Assembly (NCBI GenBank): GCA_951406725.2
Contig: OX597830.1
Span: forward strand, 5,456,001-5,520,000
Direction: 5' to 3'
Length of the DNA stretch: 64,000 bases
Source of the DNA: Octopus vulgaris
Taxonomy: Eukaryota
The notes beneath the pieces are model-generated. The model made no database searches and was not told where the DNA came from. It saw only the letters and a program-made list of their open reading frames with translations. A program made the translations under genes and the position numbers. Below are positions 40,649 through 55,356 of the stretch, piece after piece. The number at the start of each line of letters is the position of its first letter. Within the stretch, counting starts at the first letter, position 1.

Positions 40649-42480
40649 CTGGAAAAAAAATTAAAACGAGTCTTTTACTTGGCACATCAAAAATAAGTAA
40701 ATATTTCTAAGATCATACTTTAATAGTTTTCTTATTTTTCCATTTTAGTATTTATTGTCTGTGATTTTTTTATGCATTCCGCGATGCTACGAGAAACCAA
40801 CAAAATCCTTCAGTATATTTCTTTTTTATACACTATCTGTTATCTATCACTTCTATATAAATTCTTCTATCTCTTTCTTCAAATTTCAGAATGAAATGAG
40901 ATCATGTTTGCTCTTTCGTACGCTTCGTGTCTATCGAGAGAAACGCACAAAAAAAACCTATCCATTATATTTTCCCCAATAAACATCATTAGAAGTTACA
41001 TACGCAGGATTGTTAGCATATTTATTGGATTCTAAAGTTTATTTATTTGATGCTAAAGTTTATTTAGGTATCATGTGATTTAAACAAATATGTATCGATA
41101 TTAATACGATAAGTCATTTAGAAGATAATATTTACCAAAAATCTCTGCCGCCATATATTGCTGTCTGCTTTAGTTCGTTGCTAAATGGAGCCTACTGCTG
41201 GAAGTAATTGCTCGCTCGTTTTAATACTAAATTGTGTAGTTGGATGAAGCAATTTAATTTAGAAAATTAATTAAATATTCTTAAGGATTTTTCGGTCGAA
41301 GCCAATAAATCATTCTATAAGATGCTGCCATTGACATTATGGTTTTGAATTTGCGATATTAATCACCAAGAATTTGACATGACTCCAGCGGAAAATTGGC
41401 AAAAATATTTTTATTTTTTAGCATTTGGTTTTTAGCTTTTAAGAATTCTTCAAGGACTTGTAGAATTTTATGAAAATTTTTTCTTATCATTTTTTTCCAT
41501 TCTGTACCCCCTGTAATGAAGTTTACAAACTCAGTACAAAGACGGGATACAAAAATGTTTTAAAAATCTTTACAAATAAATAAGATTCTAGTCAAAAATA
41601 AAGAAACAATATTCTCAGAAATGTACTGAAAGAAAGATTTTAAACAAAGAACATAATTTTTCTATTTTCGCTGCAATAATTATTACCCGTTTTAGAATTA
41701 ATTTTAACATCACAAGCACAGCATACAAACACACATATACAAATATACACATAGACACACCTTTTGCAAACAGACAAAATCTAACGCATTGAATCGCGCC
41801 TTCATTAGCCTCATTTTCGGTCGAAGTTTTAAAGGGTGACATCCTTAAACGATATTCTTGTCGATAATCTTCGCAGTGATTCGGGTCAATGAGATCAAAC
41901 GGTAGATTATCGGCCACGTCTGTGGTTTTATCAGTCTTAGTATTCAATTCAAAGGCAAAACGGAGCTTCTGTTAGTCTAGCATTAAACAAAAATGAATAT
42001 TAGCTACGTTGAATACTTATGTCACATGGGACCCATTCTTTGAAAATAGTCTCTTATTTGTAATTTATGAATGCGTACAAATGCATACACACATTCATAC
42101 TCACTGATATATTCACGTGCGCACATGCATAGCAACACGAATTTAATAATAAATTGGACTCTACACTAGGTATTTCCAAATGCTCCGTTTCTATTCTTAA
42201 ACATGCTTTAAATTAATAATCTTAACTGGACATTTAATACTATACATAATATACATTATACATAATAGTGAAAATCCTAAATGCTAAACATGTATGCTTG
42301 TTTCCCTCTCAAGATAGGAGCTTATTAATCAGTGGACAAATGTTTTCTTTGTCCCAATATATAAATTCTTGGGTGACTCAGACAAGAGGGGAGCAGATAT
42401 TTCATGAAATCGAGTGGGATTCTTAGAAAACTGTGTGAAACTATAAATAATATAGAATGAAAACGAGGACAGAATAAAGC

Positions 42481-43829
42481 AAACAGTGGAGTGATAACGA
42501 GAATGCAATTAGACGAGACAAAATTTATTCAAGTTTTGTTATAAACGCAACATCAAGCTCATCCAGTGTCACTGAGCAGGCTCTTGATTGCATATCAAGG
42601 TTAATCAATCATGATTTTGATTACAAGTCATGGAACAAAGCCGGTGAATTCGACAATCACGTTCAACAATGAGTTAATAAATCCGTTGCCCTGAAGAATG
42701 AACGCTTTAACCGCCTCACTTTGACTTGTGCAATAAGTTTGTTCCACCTGGATGATGTGGCATCGAATTCGGCGAAATACGAGTATGCTGCAAGCCAAAT
42801 GGATTGTATTGCATGTTGTTTCATAAATTTGGATTTCCTCAAAGTCTTGATTTGCACAGGAGCGCTGAGTGGACTGCACCTTGTCGAACCATTCCTTTTG
42901 CTTACCATTTCAACAAGCACAACCTACTGAAAACTTGTATTTCTTTTCAAATAAATTTATGGTGACCGTTCTACAGTGGATCCAAACCGATTGCTAAATG
43001 TACATAGTCCTTCACTCGGTTTTGTATCTTCTAGCAGATGTCAGGAAACTAAATATGATGAAGGTATGTTCTCTACTGTTGAAGCAATTACCAGCGAGTT
43101 GAAGCCAGAAGTGTTAAAAGTACTGCTGAGGCTTCTTCCAATGTTGGCGGATGGTTTCCAGACCCAGAAGGGATTCTGTTTGGTTTGGGGAACATCATCA
43201 AAGAGTCGCTCCATGCTCTGGCAAACATGGACTTAGTTAAACTAGAGAAAGCACTCATTCACAATCCCGACTCAGAACGCAGTTTGGGTTTTATAATTTA
43301 AGTCGTCAGAGTGTGCCAGGCAACTCAGTTTAGCATCTCCCAAGTCGGTGGATCAGGTTGAACGTCGAGAGTCCGGGGTATTCAGGCAATGTATCAAACT
43401 CACCAAACCGGAGGCGGGGTGGGGAAGAGTGCCTGACATCATTAAAAAATGGGATAACCGCCAGCAGTAGTTAATGGTGGAGGGACTGGAAAAGATCGAA
43501 GTCGCCAATATAGACGACGATCAGCCGATTTGGACAATTTGACAAATCCTGGTGGACCGTTTACTAGCAGCACTGAGGCAGATGCCTATCTCATGGCAGA
43601 TATACCAGATAAAGAAGAGGTCGATAGCCTGTATTTAAGAATCAAATATGCCAGAGGCACTGCTCTTTCTGTGACAAAAACCACCGATATTTTCCCTCTT
43701 AAACAAAATTATCAAAAACTGCCAATGGAACGATATGCAATGAATTTGAAAATTTACTTGGAAAATGTGAGTTGTAGGACAGGCGCAAGTCTTACTGGTT
43801 TCAATCATGCACTAAAGGAGTTGGTGTGA
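42481..43829 (+). pseudogene. Decayed DNA-transposon transposase-like coding region (possibly hAT-related)
   Basis: One largely continuous frame 42481-~43200 with a few stops (RDKIYSSFV...LINHDFDYKSWNKAGEF...LKNERFNRLTLTCAISLFHLDDV...GLHLVEPFL), then ALIHNPDSERSLGF and GGPFTS...IKYARGT...YAMNLKIYL. Intronless and stop-riddled; family call is tentative. Confidence 0.6.
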
Positions 43830-44032
43830 GGTTCTGAAACCATAATGGTTGTAAGAGTATTATTGTAGCATATGAGTTACGAAACTCGGGAAATGTTTTT
43901 CTGTTGTAAAATTAAATTTCTTAATTATTTGTTACTAAACTGTTTACTCCACAGCAAATTTGCGTTCTATGACTTCAAAAACATATATTTGTATGTATGT
44001 ATGCAAGAATGTATATATGTATGTATACAAGC

Positions 44033-44034
<2 letters not shown>

Positions 44035-44065
<31 letters not shown>

Positions 44066-44215
44066 TGTATGTATGTATGTATGTATGTATGTATGTATGT
44101 ATGTATGTTTGTATGTATGTTTGTATGTATGTATGTATGTATGTATGTATGTATGCATGTATGTATGTATGTATGTATGTATGTATGTATGTATGTATGT
44201 ATGTATGTATGTATG
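44035..44215. repeat. (TATG)n microsatellite
   Basis: Direct reading. Confidence 0.96.
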
Positions 44216-45480
44216 CAAGCATAATTCTGACCAAATTTGGTGACAAATAAAACGTACAATAAGCATTTCCATTATCGTTATTCATGGAGACCTTTATAAA
44301 ATATATTGTAGTAATAAATATCTAAGACGAAGAGCGGACACTTTAACGAAGTCTCAAAAGTTGGTCACACATTTCCTAACGGAATATACTCTCGTTATGT
44401 CTTTCAGCAGCTTGATGCAGATTGCAAGCTTTGCTGCATCGTGCCTTACAATGTTCCTCAAGGAAGTGCTTGCCTTATAAAAGCTTCTTATGAATGTTCT
44501 TCTATCAAATCAATGTGGTGATACAGGTTTGTGAATAATGCTTATTTCTATAGACGTGATACCTGCTTCATATATGGTGGTCTCTTATTGGCTGGAGACA
44601 CTCAAAGACCATGTGATAATGCCTCTGCGTGAGAAATGTACACCTTTTATGATCCACACACCGCAGAAATTAAAACACATTCATCCGATCTTTGCTGGTT
44701 GTGGACACCAGTCAGAGTACGTCATTCTACAAAGTTAGTTCAAAATATCAAGAGAAAATATTTACATGTTTTCGTTGGCAAATATTAAATATATTGACCA
44801 TGAATTCAAAACATGTTGGTGATACATTGCATGGGGTCAGAATAACCACATGTTACATATAAAATGATCATAGCAGAGAGAAAGAGAATGAGTTGTTTTG
44901 AGACACCAAGTCCGGCACTTATGACAGAAAAACGCTATTTCTGTTCTGTGGTTGGACAATTTTCGACTGTATGTGTCACCTAATAAATACTCTAATTTAA
45001 CTATCAGCAAATCTGAGGGAGATACAAGTAAACGATCATTAATATTTTGCATCACGATGACAGAATATTATATATAATAACTTTAAATTAATTTTCAACT
45101 TATTTCTCTAAGCAGTCTTCATTTAACGAACGTTCATTTTGTGGTCTTATTTATTCTGCCAATAATTATTGGATCATAAATAGATTGTTCGCGTTTAGAT
45201 AAATATACACGCACATTCATAGATGCACGGACACATGCAGATGCACACACACATACCCGTATTTAATATTTATAACATAAATGATTAAAGAAACGGAAAT
45301 AATTATCGCGTAATCAACAGAATACACTTGTCTTTAAACCGAGTGACACCTCTCTCTCTCTTTCGCAATCTTTCTCTCTCTTTTTTTCTCTCTCTCTATG
45401 TATATACACACACACCGCTAAGAGTTAGCACTAATCTACACTCAACTATCACTTTTGGACACTTGACTAATGACTGTGTG

Positions 45481-45534
<54 letters not shown>

Positions 45535-45566
45535 TGTATACACTCACTCACACACATATATATATA

Positions 45567-45646
<80 letters not shown>

Positions 45647-46151
45647 CACACACACAAAAACAGAAGGACACATACGCCCATGAACACACTGGAAAACTTT
45701 ATACAGACACACGCCCATTATGCAATTTCACAGACGTGTACACACACATACATTAATTAAGACACAAGCATATACACACACACACACACTTGCATAAACA
45801 TAGTCAAGTGAACATACAGACACACACATAATTACATACATACGCTACTGTTATATATACACGTATATGTGTATGTGTGTGTGTATGTGTGTGTAGGGTG
45901 GAGGGTGTCTATGAAAATAATCTAGACATGAAAGTTATTAAATCCATACATATATATTTATATCGATTTCTTATTAAAAATGGTGGAAATCGATAATTTT
46001 CATGTCTACATTATATAAGCGAATATTATGAATGTATGTATGTATATATGTATATATATATATTTGCAAGTGTGTGGTTTCTGCACTGTGTACTGTGAGT
46101 CTATAAGTATGACAGAAATAAACCGAGAGCTGGGAAATGACATATTGTTAC

Positions 46152-46253
<102 letters not shown>

Positions 46254-46605
46254 GTGTGCAGCTATAAATGTATATATATACTATATATTGATATATGATG
46301 TAATGCATATAAATGTATGTATATGTGCATGTATAATTACGCACATATGCACACAACATACATATTAGTCTACGTATGTCTATGTTTACATATCTGTATC
46401 ATTGTATATCGTAGAGCAAACGATAGAAAGTGAGCGAGCGAATGAGAGATTAAATATAATTGTGTGTCTCTGTTATTGGACGTATTTGTGTGTATACATC
46501 TGGTTGGTGTGATTGTATATCTATTTCTCTGAATTGTGCGTGTGCATGTATATATATATGCGTGTGTATATACATATATATGTAGATGCACATATATATG
46601 TATAC

Positions 46606-46638
<33 letters not shown>

Positions 46639-49361
46639 CATGTGTGTGTGCGTATGTGTGTTTGTTTGTGTGTATGTGTGTGTCCTTTCCTTTGATATTA
46701 TTATCATAAGTTTGTTTTTGTCTCGTTTAGAAATAAAATATATAATTTGACTCGCAGAAAAGTCAAACAGAGAAACAAACATAAAAGTAAAAAGCAGATG
46801 AATAAGATTCAAACGAAGCTGATATTCTTTTCATTTATTAAATTATAGATTCATCTGGTTTCCATTCATGGAGAAATTAGCGATAAAGAGACCAGCTCTG
46901 TCTGTATAAAGCCATAGAATCTAAGTTAGTCTTTGTCCTTGTTTTTCGAGATAGAAAGATGCAAGAAGACGTAAAATAACATTTGATAGCGTTAAGCGTT
47001 ACAATAAACTCATTGTGACCTTTGGGTATCTTATAAACAATTACAGATCTTCTCTCTCACAAATAAACAAACGCAAAACATGTTATTTTAGTACAATGTG
47101 ATCGACAAGTTTTCACTGACGGTTGTGCTTACACTTGGTCTTCGTGTTTGAATCATGACGAATAAATCTTTGTTTCTTCTTTCAGGGTAGAATAAAAACA
47201 CTGAAGAATCTTCGCTTGTGTTTCTCTTAAATATGGGTATCATTCAGTATTGATTTGTAATCAATAAAGCCGCTGTTCACCATTGAATGGATTTGTTATC
47301 GTTGCATGGTTAAGTATACCTTAAAAGATGTCTTCCGGCTTTGACCCTCCTTTCTTATCTTTTAGAAATTATGTTTTTAGGACTACACTATCCAATGTAT
47401 CTTTATTTTTCTTAAAGAGGTTAGGTTTGAATTAAGGAATATCTGGCTGCTACTTTTAACGAACAGACTGGTCATGCCATGTACAGGCCCCCTTCTGATC
47501 ACTTGAGAAGGTTATCCGATTTCTCTTTGACGTAATGTCAGTTCTACGCGTAATACACCAGCTAAGCCAGGAATACTTCCTATAGAGGCATGAACATCAC
47601 AGCAGACATTTCGCCTCCAGCTCCAATAATTAGCAGCATCCACATCATTAAAAGGAACCGAAGACTCTCGTTTGTAATAGCATCTAAATTCAACTGAACA
47701 TAAGCAATATATTTTGCTGGGGTTTATTTTATTGACGCCATTTGGATGAAGGTTAATGTGAACCTCAACTTGTTTCAGACAGAAAATAACCAAACAAAAT
47801 AGATTCACATAATTTCAATATTGGTTTATTTTTATTTTTATTTATGTAAAATATCTTTACACATTTAAATACATTTAGGTTAAGCAGAGAGAAAACAGCA
47901 ACGATGATGATGTTTGATTAACTGCTTATTCCCTGTGGTTAAATTTTTTTTTCCTGAATTTGTTTTGCGAAATTAATTTTATTCCATTTGGTGTAAAATA
48001 TATTCACTTAATAAATATAAAATTATATTTCCTTCGTTCATTCTAATATTAGCTTTGAGTTAATGCTTCCGTTCAAATGATTGTATACGGATAGACATTA
48101 TGAACTATACCAAATATATATATATGTATATATATATCCAACTTCAAAGAGAAAACATTGGAACTTACAGAATATTAGCATCGCCCTTATGTGATGTATT
48201 AGCTCTCATTACTTTTCTATAATCTTTTTCTTTTGACTTCATAGAAGCTTTTAGCCTTGTTCACGAAGACGCTGTGAATGGTCCAAGACGATTTTGACCA
48301 TGTTCGACTGTTTTGAATAGTTTTCCCTTGATTCAAGTCAATATTGATCCACTTCAGGTTAAAAATAATCTCATTTTATACACATTTTGAAGTGACCTCT
48401 CTTCTCTCTTTATGATTTATATTGGATTGTAGCATTTATATCGAAAATGGATGCCCTTCTACCCGGATTATCTGACCCTTAAAAGCTGAGATTTTATCAG
48501 CAATTCTTCTACACTAGAGGTGCTAGTTATCTCCGAGATTTCATTGTTGGTCACCATGACCTAAGTTATTGATCTTAAGCAGCTCATATGAAATTGCGCA
48601 AGCTACTTTGCATGTTTACTGTATTGTGTAGAAATTCTGACCCATAATGTCAGAATCATTGCATATTTCAGAAAATTCTTCTACGGAAATAACAGCTTTT
48701 GTGTTAATTTGTTAAATATTTATGATTAAATGAACACCGAACGTGAAAATTATTTTCTTCTTCAATAACATTGTATTTTCAAAGAAACAAACAGAAGAAT
48801 TTATGGTAATCAGCTTTGAACTTATGGTGTCCACAATCATTTCAAATGGAGATCACATCAAGATGTGCATTTATTCGAGCCGAAACTAAACTATCATTTG
48901 TATTTTTATTGAGAAATCGATGACTTAAACTCTTGCATTGTATTACGTAAATAGTAGTACCGAATATAAATCATTAAGCGATTAAATTAAAGCAACCAGA
49001 ATCGTCGGTGTAATGGGGGTTTGTAACTGTTCTGAACGCTCTCAGTTATTTTATAGACACTGTCTTGTAATGGCCGCTAGGTGTCTACACAAATCCCAAA
49101 TACTAGAAGATTTTATTGCTATAGATGTGCGTTAGTTTATAGTTTACAGGGGATTATTCATGTACCGACTGACTTCTCCATAAATAAACTGCATTCAATA
49201 AAGAATTAGTGAAGCCTTAATCCACGTAATAGATGCAACATGCCAGGAACTGTTACCGCCAGCAACACATTCAGTGTACAATGTTCAGATAACATTATTC
49301 ATGGGAATACACTTTATGTATATCATCATCAATTTATATACATATATATAACTATATAGAG

Positions 49362-49427
<66 letters not shown>

Positions 49428-49678
49428 GCATATACACATATATATATATATACATACATATATATATATATACATATATACATATACATATATATATGTA
49501 CATATATATATATAGACTTATATATATACGTGTATGTGTGTATATTATATATATATATATATATTATATACACACACATACATACATGTATACATACATA
49601 AATACACGCATACATACATATATATATTATTCAGCTACTTGTTCAGTCACTTGACTACGGCCATGGTGGAGCACCGCC

Positions 49679-49725
<47 letters not shown>

Positions 49726-50744
49726 GTATACAAACATATACCACTACATACGTTTGTACGTAGAGATAGATACGTGTGTATATATAAATATATGTGTATA
49801 TCTATCATCTACCTACCTATCTATATACCTATCTGTCTACCTATCTCTGTATACTGTAAACAATTTCACATATATATATATGTTTAATAAGTATAGATGT
49901 AGTATCGCTGTTTAAAAGGATTCTGTGGTTGATCGATTGAGGTAGTGCAGGTTGATTTTTCAGAGCTGTTTTTGTAGTTTCAACCGACTATTGAGGTCTC
50001 ATCTTGGATTTCTTTTCTAGTTTGTCCTACAAGAGACGAGGCAGCTTACATATTTACTCAGCAGATTCACCAGCAGTGTGCATTATATAGCCAAAAGTAG
50101 GGAGGCTTATGAGCGTGTATAAAATATATGCTTTGTAAATAAATAAGCGACGACATTCGCATAAGTAACGTTGATAATCACTGGTATGCTTTCTCTAAAA
50201 GGAGGACAAGATTCTATAGTTTCTTTGAGACGGAAACAACCAATGGAAAGTTGTCGAGCTGTTCTTGCTTTCGATCAGGAAACATAAGTCTGTATTTTAA
50301 GCACAGACTTGTTTTAGTCACAGACTTATTCTATAAGCACAGACTTACAGCAGACTTATGTATAAACAGCAGATTTGTGTTTTTACCAAAAGATATATTC
50401 CCACGGAGTTACTGAATATATATTTATTACTTCTCCAGAAATATCTGCTGAATTCGAATACAGAATAACATATTCGGAAAATATGGATGTAACTGGATCC
50501 TTTTTCTACTTTTACTCTTCTCCTTTTCTATACCTTCTGAAGGAAATGATTTGCTTGAAGTACCTGTATGAGCAATAAGTATATTGCGTGTAACTTTCGG
50601 CTTCAGTCACTTTTGACACATCTTCCAATTAAAAATAATTCCACTTGTATACATTCATATAGTGAGTTCTATATATCCTGTTCTAGCACACACATACACA
50701 CACATACACACACACATACATACACACACATGTATATATATTAC

Positions 50745-51015
50745 GTGATTATGTGATCAATAAAACTATCGGATGTTGGTGGACATCGTTTATAACAATG
50801 CGCTTTGCATTATTTAAGCTTTCGAATGAGACCACCCCACCGCTGGCTAGACGAGCAACTCAACATTCCTCCTGATCGGATGGGTATTCCGTCACAGACT
50901 GGAGGAACGCGAAATTAAGCTTTTTCGTCAAGAGCACAACGTGTAGCTCAGTTCGGGTATCGAACTCACAATCTTGCAATCGTTTATGCAACACCCTCTC
51001 TACTAGGCCACACAC
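50745..51015 (-). mobile_element. Diverged tRNA-derived SINE sharing its 3' part with family C
   Basis: CCCCACCGCTGGCTAGACGAGCA and ACAATGCGCTTTGCATT are reverse complements of family C tail motifs; the head has GGTATCGAACTC (B-box, rc). Confidence 0.7.
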
Positions 51016-51503
51016 CTTCCACACACATATTTATGTATTATGTGGATTTTCTATTTATAAATAAATTTAATATAAACTGTTAGTACATACATATAATTTC
51101 CAGTAAAAGTATGTACTACATGCAATCACTATATACCATCGAATTCAGACACAAGAATATTTTTTTCTTAATACGGTCACTAGTAAGACATGACGCCACA
51201 ATGCTGCCCAATTTACATCTTTCATTTGGCTATAATATTGCCTGGTTTACATCTTGCTTCAAGATTTCTACATTAATCAGGAATAAGAAAAATTATTCAA
51301 TAGAAATAAAATAAAAGCGAGTTACAGATGTTCCATTGAGACGAAAGACTTCATGACATGACATAAACAAATTATATCAGCTGCGGCTAACTACACATAC
51401 AGAATGGCAAAAATGTCTTCTGTGTCAGTCACGAAATGCTGATGCAATAAGCAATGAGACAGAAACAGCTGCCAGTAAGTTAAATCCAACCACGGAGGAT
51501 AAC

Positions 51504-51585
<82 letters not shown>

Positions 51586-51589
51586 GGAA

Positions 51590-52000
51590 GAAGGTAGTTG
51601 CAAACGCTGATACTTCATCTACAGCTCTTTCTTCTGATATAGAGAAGAGAAGGGTGAAACATCAATTAAAGTATGGGCTTTGAAAATATAAAAATAAAAC
51701 GCTGCCGCATTCAACATCAAATGGAAGTTCTTTGGAGCAACAAAGCTGTATCAAAACCTGCAGTAGACCCCTAACTGAAAACATTCACAGCGTAAAAAAC
51801 TCAACAAATCTGATCTCGAAATGTAAATTCAGAGATATTCAGAAAGTGTCACTACTCTGATAAATATGTTCTGGAACACTGGAAGATCACGCAACAAACT
51901 TATTCAAATGAATTATTGAAAACAGAGCTTCTTGAAATATATTATTGTTTAGCAAAAATAGCATTGAAGTTTCGGCAACTTAAGCCATCATCGGATTGTG
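51590..52000 (+). mobile_element. Highly degenerate Penelope-like GIY-YIG C-terminal remnant with a hammerhead-like motif nearby
   Basis: Fragments VWALK...FNIKWKF...LISKCK resemble Penelope endonuclease ends; hammerhead-like motif at 51963-51998 (-). Confidence 0.4.
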
Positions 52001-52610
52001 TTACATGAATGAATACATTTTAAGAAACAGAATATACCTATATTTTATCAGCAAAAATTCTCCGTAACGCAGTGCCATCACAACCTGCCACACAACTTAA
52101 TTACCATTCAACAGAACTCAACTTGTCCGAGGAAATGTTAACATAACAGAAACTAAATAAAACCAAAGAGAACGCAAATGTGCCACAATCAGATGATTAC
52201 CGAAACTTCGAAGTCACAGTTAATACTATTCTTGTTAAAAAATAATGAATTTGTACTCCACCAAATGTATTGAACAATTCTCTTTAATTCTCCTTGTAAA
52301 CAACTGCTGGGGGCATTGATTCTCAATTTTCATGCAATGGTTAAATTACTAAAAGATATCCTCTATCAGCTGTAACCTCGATTATTACGTTCAACATCCT
52401 ATAAATAACATCCACGCAGATTTTATTATTTCAGATTATCAACTTTTCTCACTGCTTCTTTCTCCTTCTTTTTAACCAAAAACAGTTTCATTCAAATGTT
52501 TGTCCTTGAAATCAGCACAATTAAAAATATCTTCACTGTTTTCAGCAAAACAATGAATTTAATAATGCACGCACAGATGCAAACACTTCATATTGTATTA
52601 TATGCATACA

Positions 52611-53018
<408 letters not shown>

Positions 53019-53419
53019 ATGTATATGTATGTATTTATGTATGCATATTTTTGTATATTTATGTGTGCTTGTGCATGTGCCTGCCTGTGTGTGTTTTGAA
53101 AGTATCTTAAATGGCAAGAGTTCCAAAGCGAAGCAAAAGCCGAACGTTTAGTGCGTGGACTTATCCTGTATGCGAATGGGCGATGCACGCAAGCCTCAAG
53201 TCTTGAGATACTTTTGTCACTTCAGTCGATCAAAATTTAACTCACACATTATAAATACTATTGAAAGTCGAACAGCAAAAATATGCAAGACTTTTCTCAA
53301 GTTCAAAACGTGGCATTGCATTTTTACCTACATTCCAACGAATGAGCTTTGTACATGTGTTACAAACCAGGTTCTTCCTAAGAGGAATAATTTGAATATT
53401 TAAAGACTGAGTAGAACTA

Positions 53420-53471
<52 letters not shown>

Positions 53472-54489
53472 TTAAAATAGTGTACAGTAAAACACAAGAG
53501 AAAACTACCCTTTAACAGATAAGTTTTACATGCTAGAAGAAGCAGCCAAAACGGCCAAAACCAGAATTTAATAGCAATTTTCGAAGTAAATGAAAAGTAA
53601 AAAATTTTACCTTGTATATATATACACAAGTAAACACCACCTGTATGTGTGTGTGTTTATATATGTATATATATAGTATGTGTGTATGAGCACAGTTTTA
53701 TGCATATATCTGTGAGTAGATGTTTGAATTTGCACCGATACAAGTGAATAAATGTTGAGTTTTTCTCCCTCTCACTCTTATTTACATTCATGCGTTCCCC
53801 TACACACACATTCATACACTTTCCTACGCGCATAAGAAACTAAATGCCAAGCTTTGTATTCGGCAATCTCTTCTCTATCGATTTAATCGTTTAATACCAC
53901 TCAGCCCTCAACTGCTCTCACTCATGCTACAATACTTTCGTACACAACAAAAGAGCAGCAAATATTTTCATATTTTTTCGATGCCAAGAATGTAAATAGT
54001 TGTTTAAATGAATACATGGCCAGGATTCCTTTCATTCTAATTAATTCCATGTCAGAGAAAATAGGAATTGAGTTTCAGTAAATTTAAACAATCGTTTCAG
54101 TTGCATGTTAACAATGTTGGAACCGAGTAAGAAGTGATGTATAGCTGTAGGTGATGTAGGTGCTGTGATGCTGGGGAGAGAGGGAGAGAGGAAACAGATG
54201 TGAAAAGAAGAGGAAGAAAGACAGGAAGGAAGGAATGAAGAAGGAAGAATCGAAGGAAAGTTCCCTCTAGCACAGTTACGGTAGTAGTGATGAAGGATTC
54301 CATGGCAGGTGTGCTAGTGGTGATGGCCATGATATGATGATGATGATAATGAGGAGGAGAAGGGGACAGTGATGATGATGATGATGACAACGATGACGAC
54401 GACGACGTCGATGATGATGATGATGACTTGATAATGATATTAATCGTGAAGACAATAAAAAAGAACAAAAAGCAAATCTTTCTACTTAA

Positions 54490-54690
54490 AGGCACAAGGT
54501 CCGAAAACTTGGATAAGCTGGGGTTAGTTGATTACATCGACCCCAGTACGTGACTGATATTAGTTTCATCGACTCCGAAAGGATGAATGGTAAAGTCGAC
54601 CTCGGCAGAATTTGAACTCTAAATGTAAACACTGACAAAATGCTGCAAATCACTTTGCATGGCGGTGCTGTCGGTTCTGCAAGCTCATTG
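54490..54690 (-). mobile_element. SINE family B copy
   Basis: ATCGACCCCAGT...ATCGACTCCGAAAGGATGAATGGTAAAGTCGACCTCGGCAGAATTTGAACTC is the reverse complement of the family B core. Confidence 0.85.
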
Positions 54691-54732
54691 TCTAAACAAC
54701 AACAACAACGACAACGACGACAATAACAAGAA

Positions 54733-54734
<2 letters not shown>

Positions 54735-54813
<79 letters not shown>

Positions 54814-54824
54814 TAATAATAATA

Positions 54825-54866
<42 letters not shown>

Positions 54867-54965
54867 GTAATAATAACAATAATAATAATAGTAATAATAA
54901 TAATAATAATAATAATGGTAATAATAATAATAATAATAAAGATAATAATAATAATAATAATAAAG

Positions 54966-55009
<44 letters not shown>

Positions 55010-55013
55010 TAAA

Positions 55014-55078
<65 letters not shown>

Positions 55079-55080
55079 TA
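54735..55080. repeat. (AAT)n microsatellite
   Basis: Direct reading. Confidence 0.97.
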
Positions 55081-55333
55081 CAAAAGAAACTAATAACGAG
55101 GTAAAACTTTGATATCATCAGTTATGAAGATGATGACAACGACAACACTGCTTAAGGGAACAACAAGAACAAGAATAAGAAGAACAACAAAACGGAGTAT
55201 GACTGTGATCACTACTACGACGTCTGTAACGACAGCAAGAACAAAAAGAACGAGAAAAAAAGGTAGAAGTAACTGTTGCATGCAAACAAAACCGAAGGCA
55301 AAATTGCGTGCGTTATGGCTGAAATCCCAGAAA

Positions 55334-55356
55334 GCCGCCATTTTTGAGCCGGAAGC
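55334..55356 (-). promoter_or_regulatory. Adjacent ETS (CCGGAAG) and YY1 (AAAATGGCGGC) consensus motifs
   Basis: GCCGCCATTTTTGAGCCGGAAG in locally CpG-containing unique sequence; motif match only. Confidence 0.4.

Noticed and set aside
47512-47808. 98-aa Cys/Trp-containing minus-strand ORF
   Set aside because: No convincing splice donor or recognisable motif; cannot be supported as an exon.
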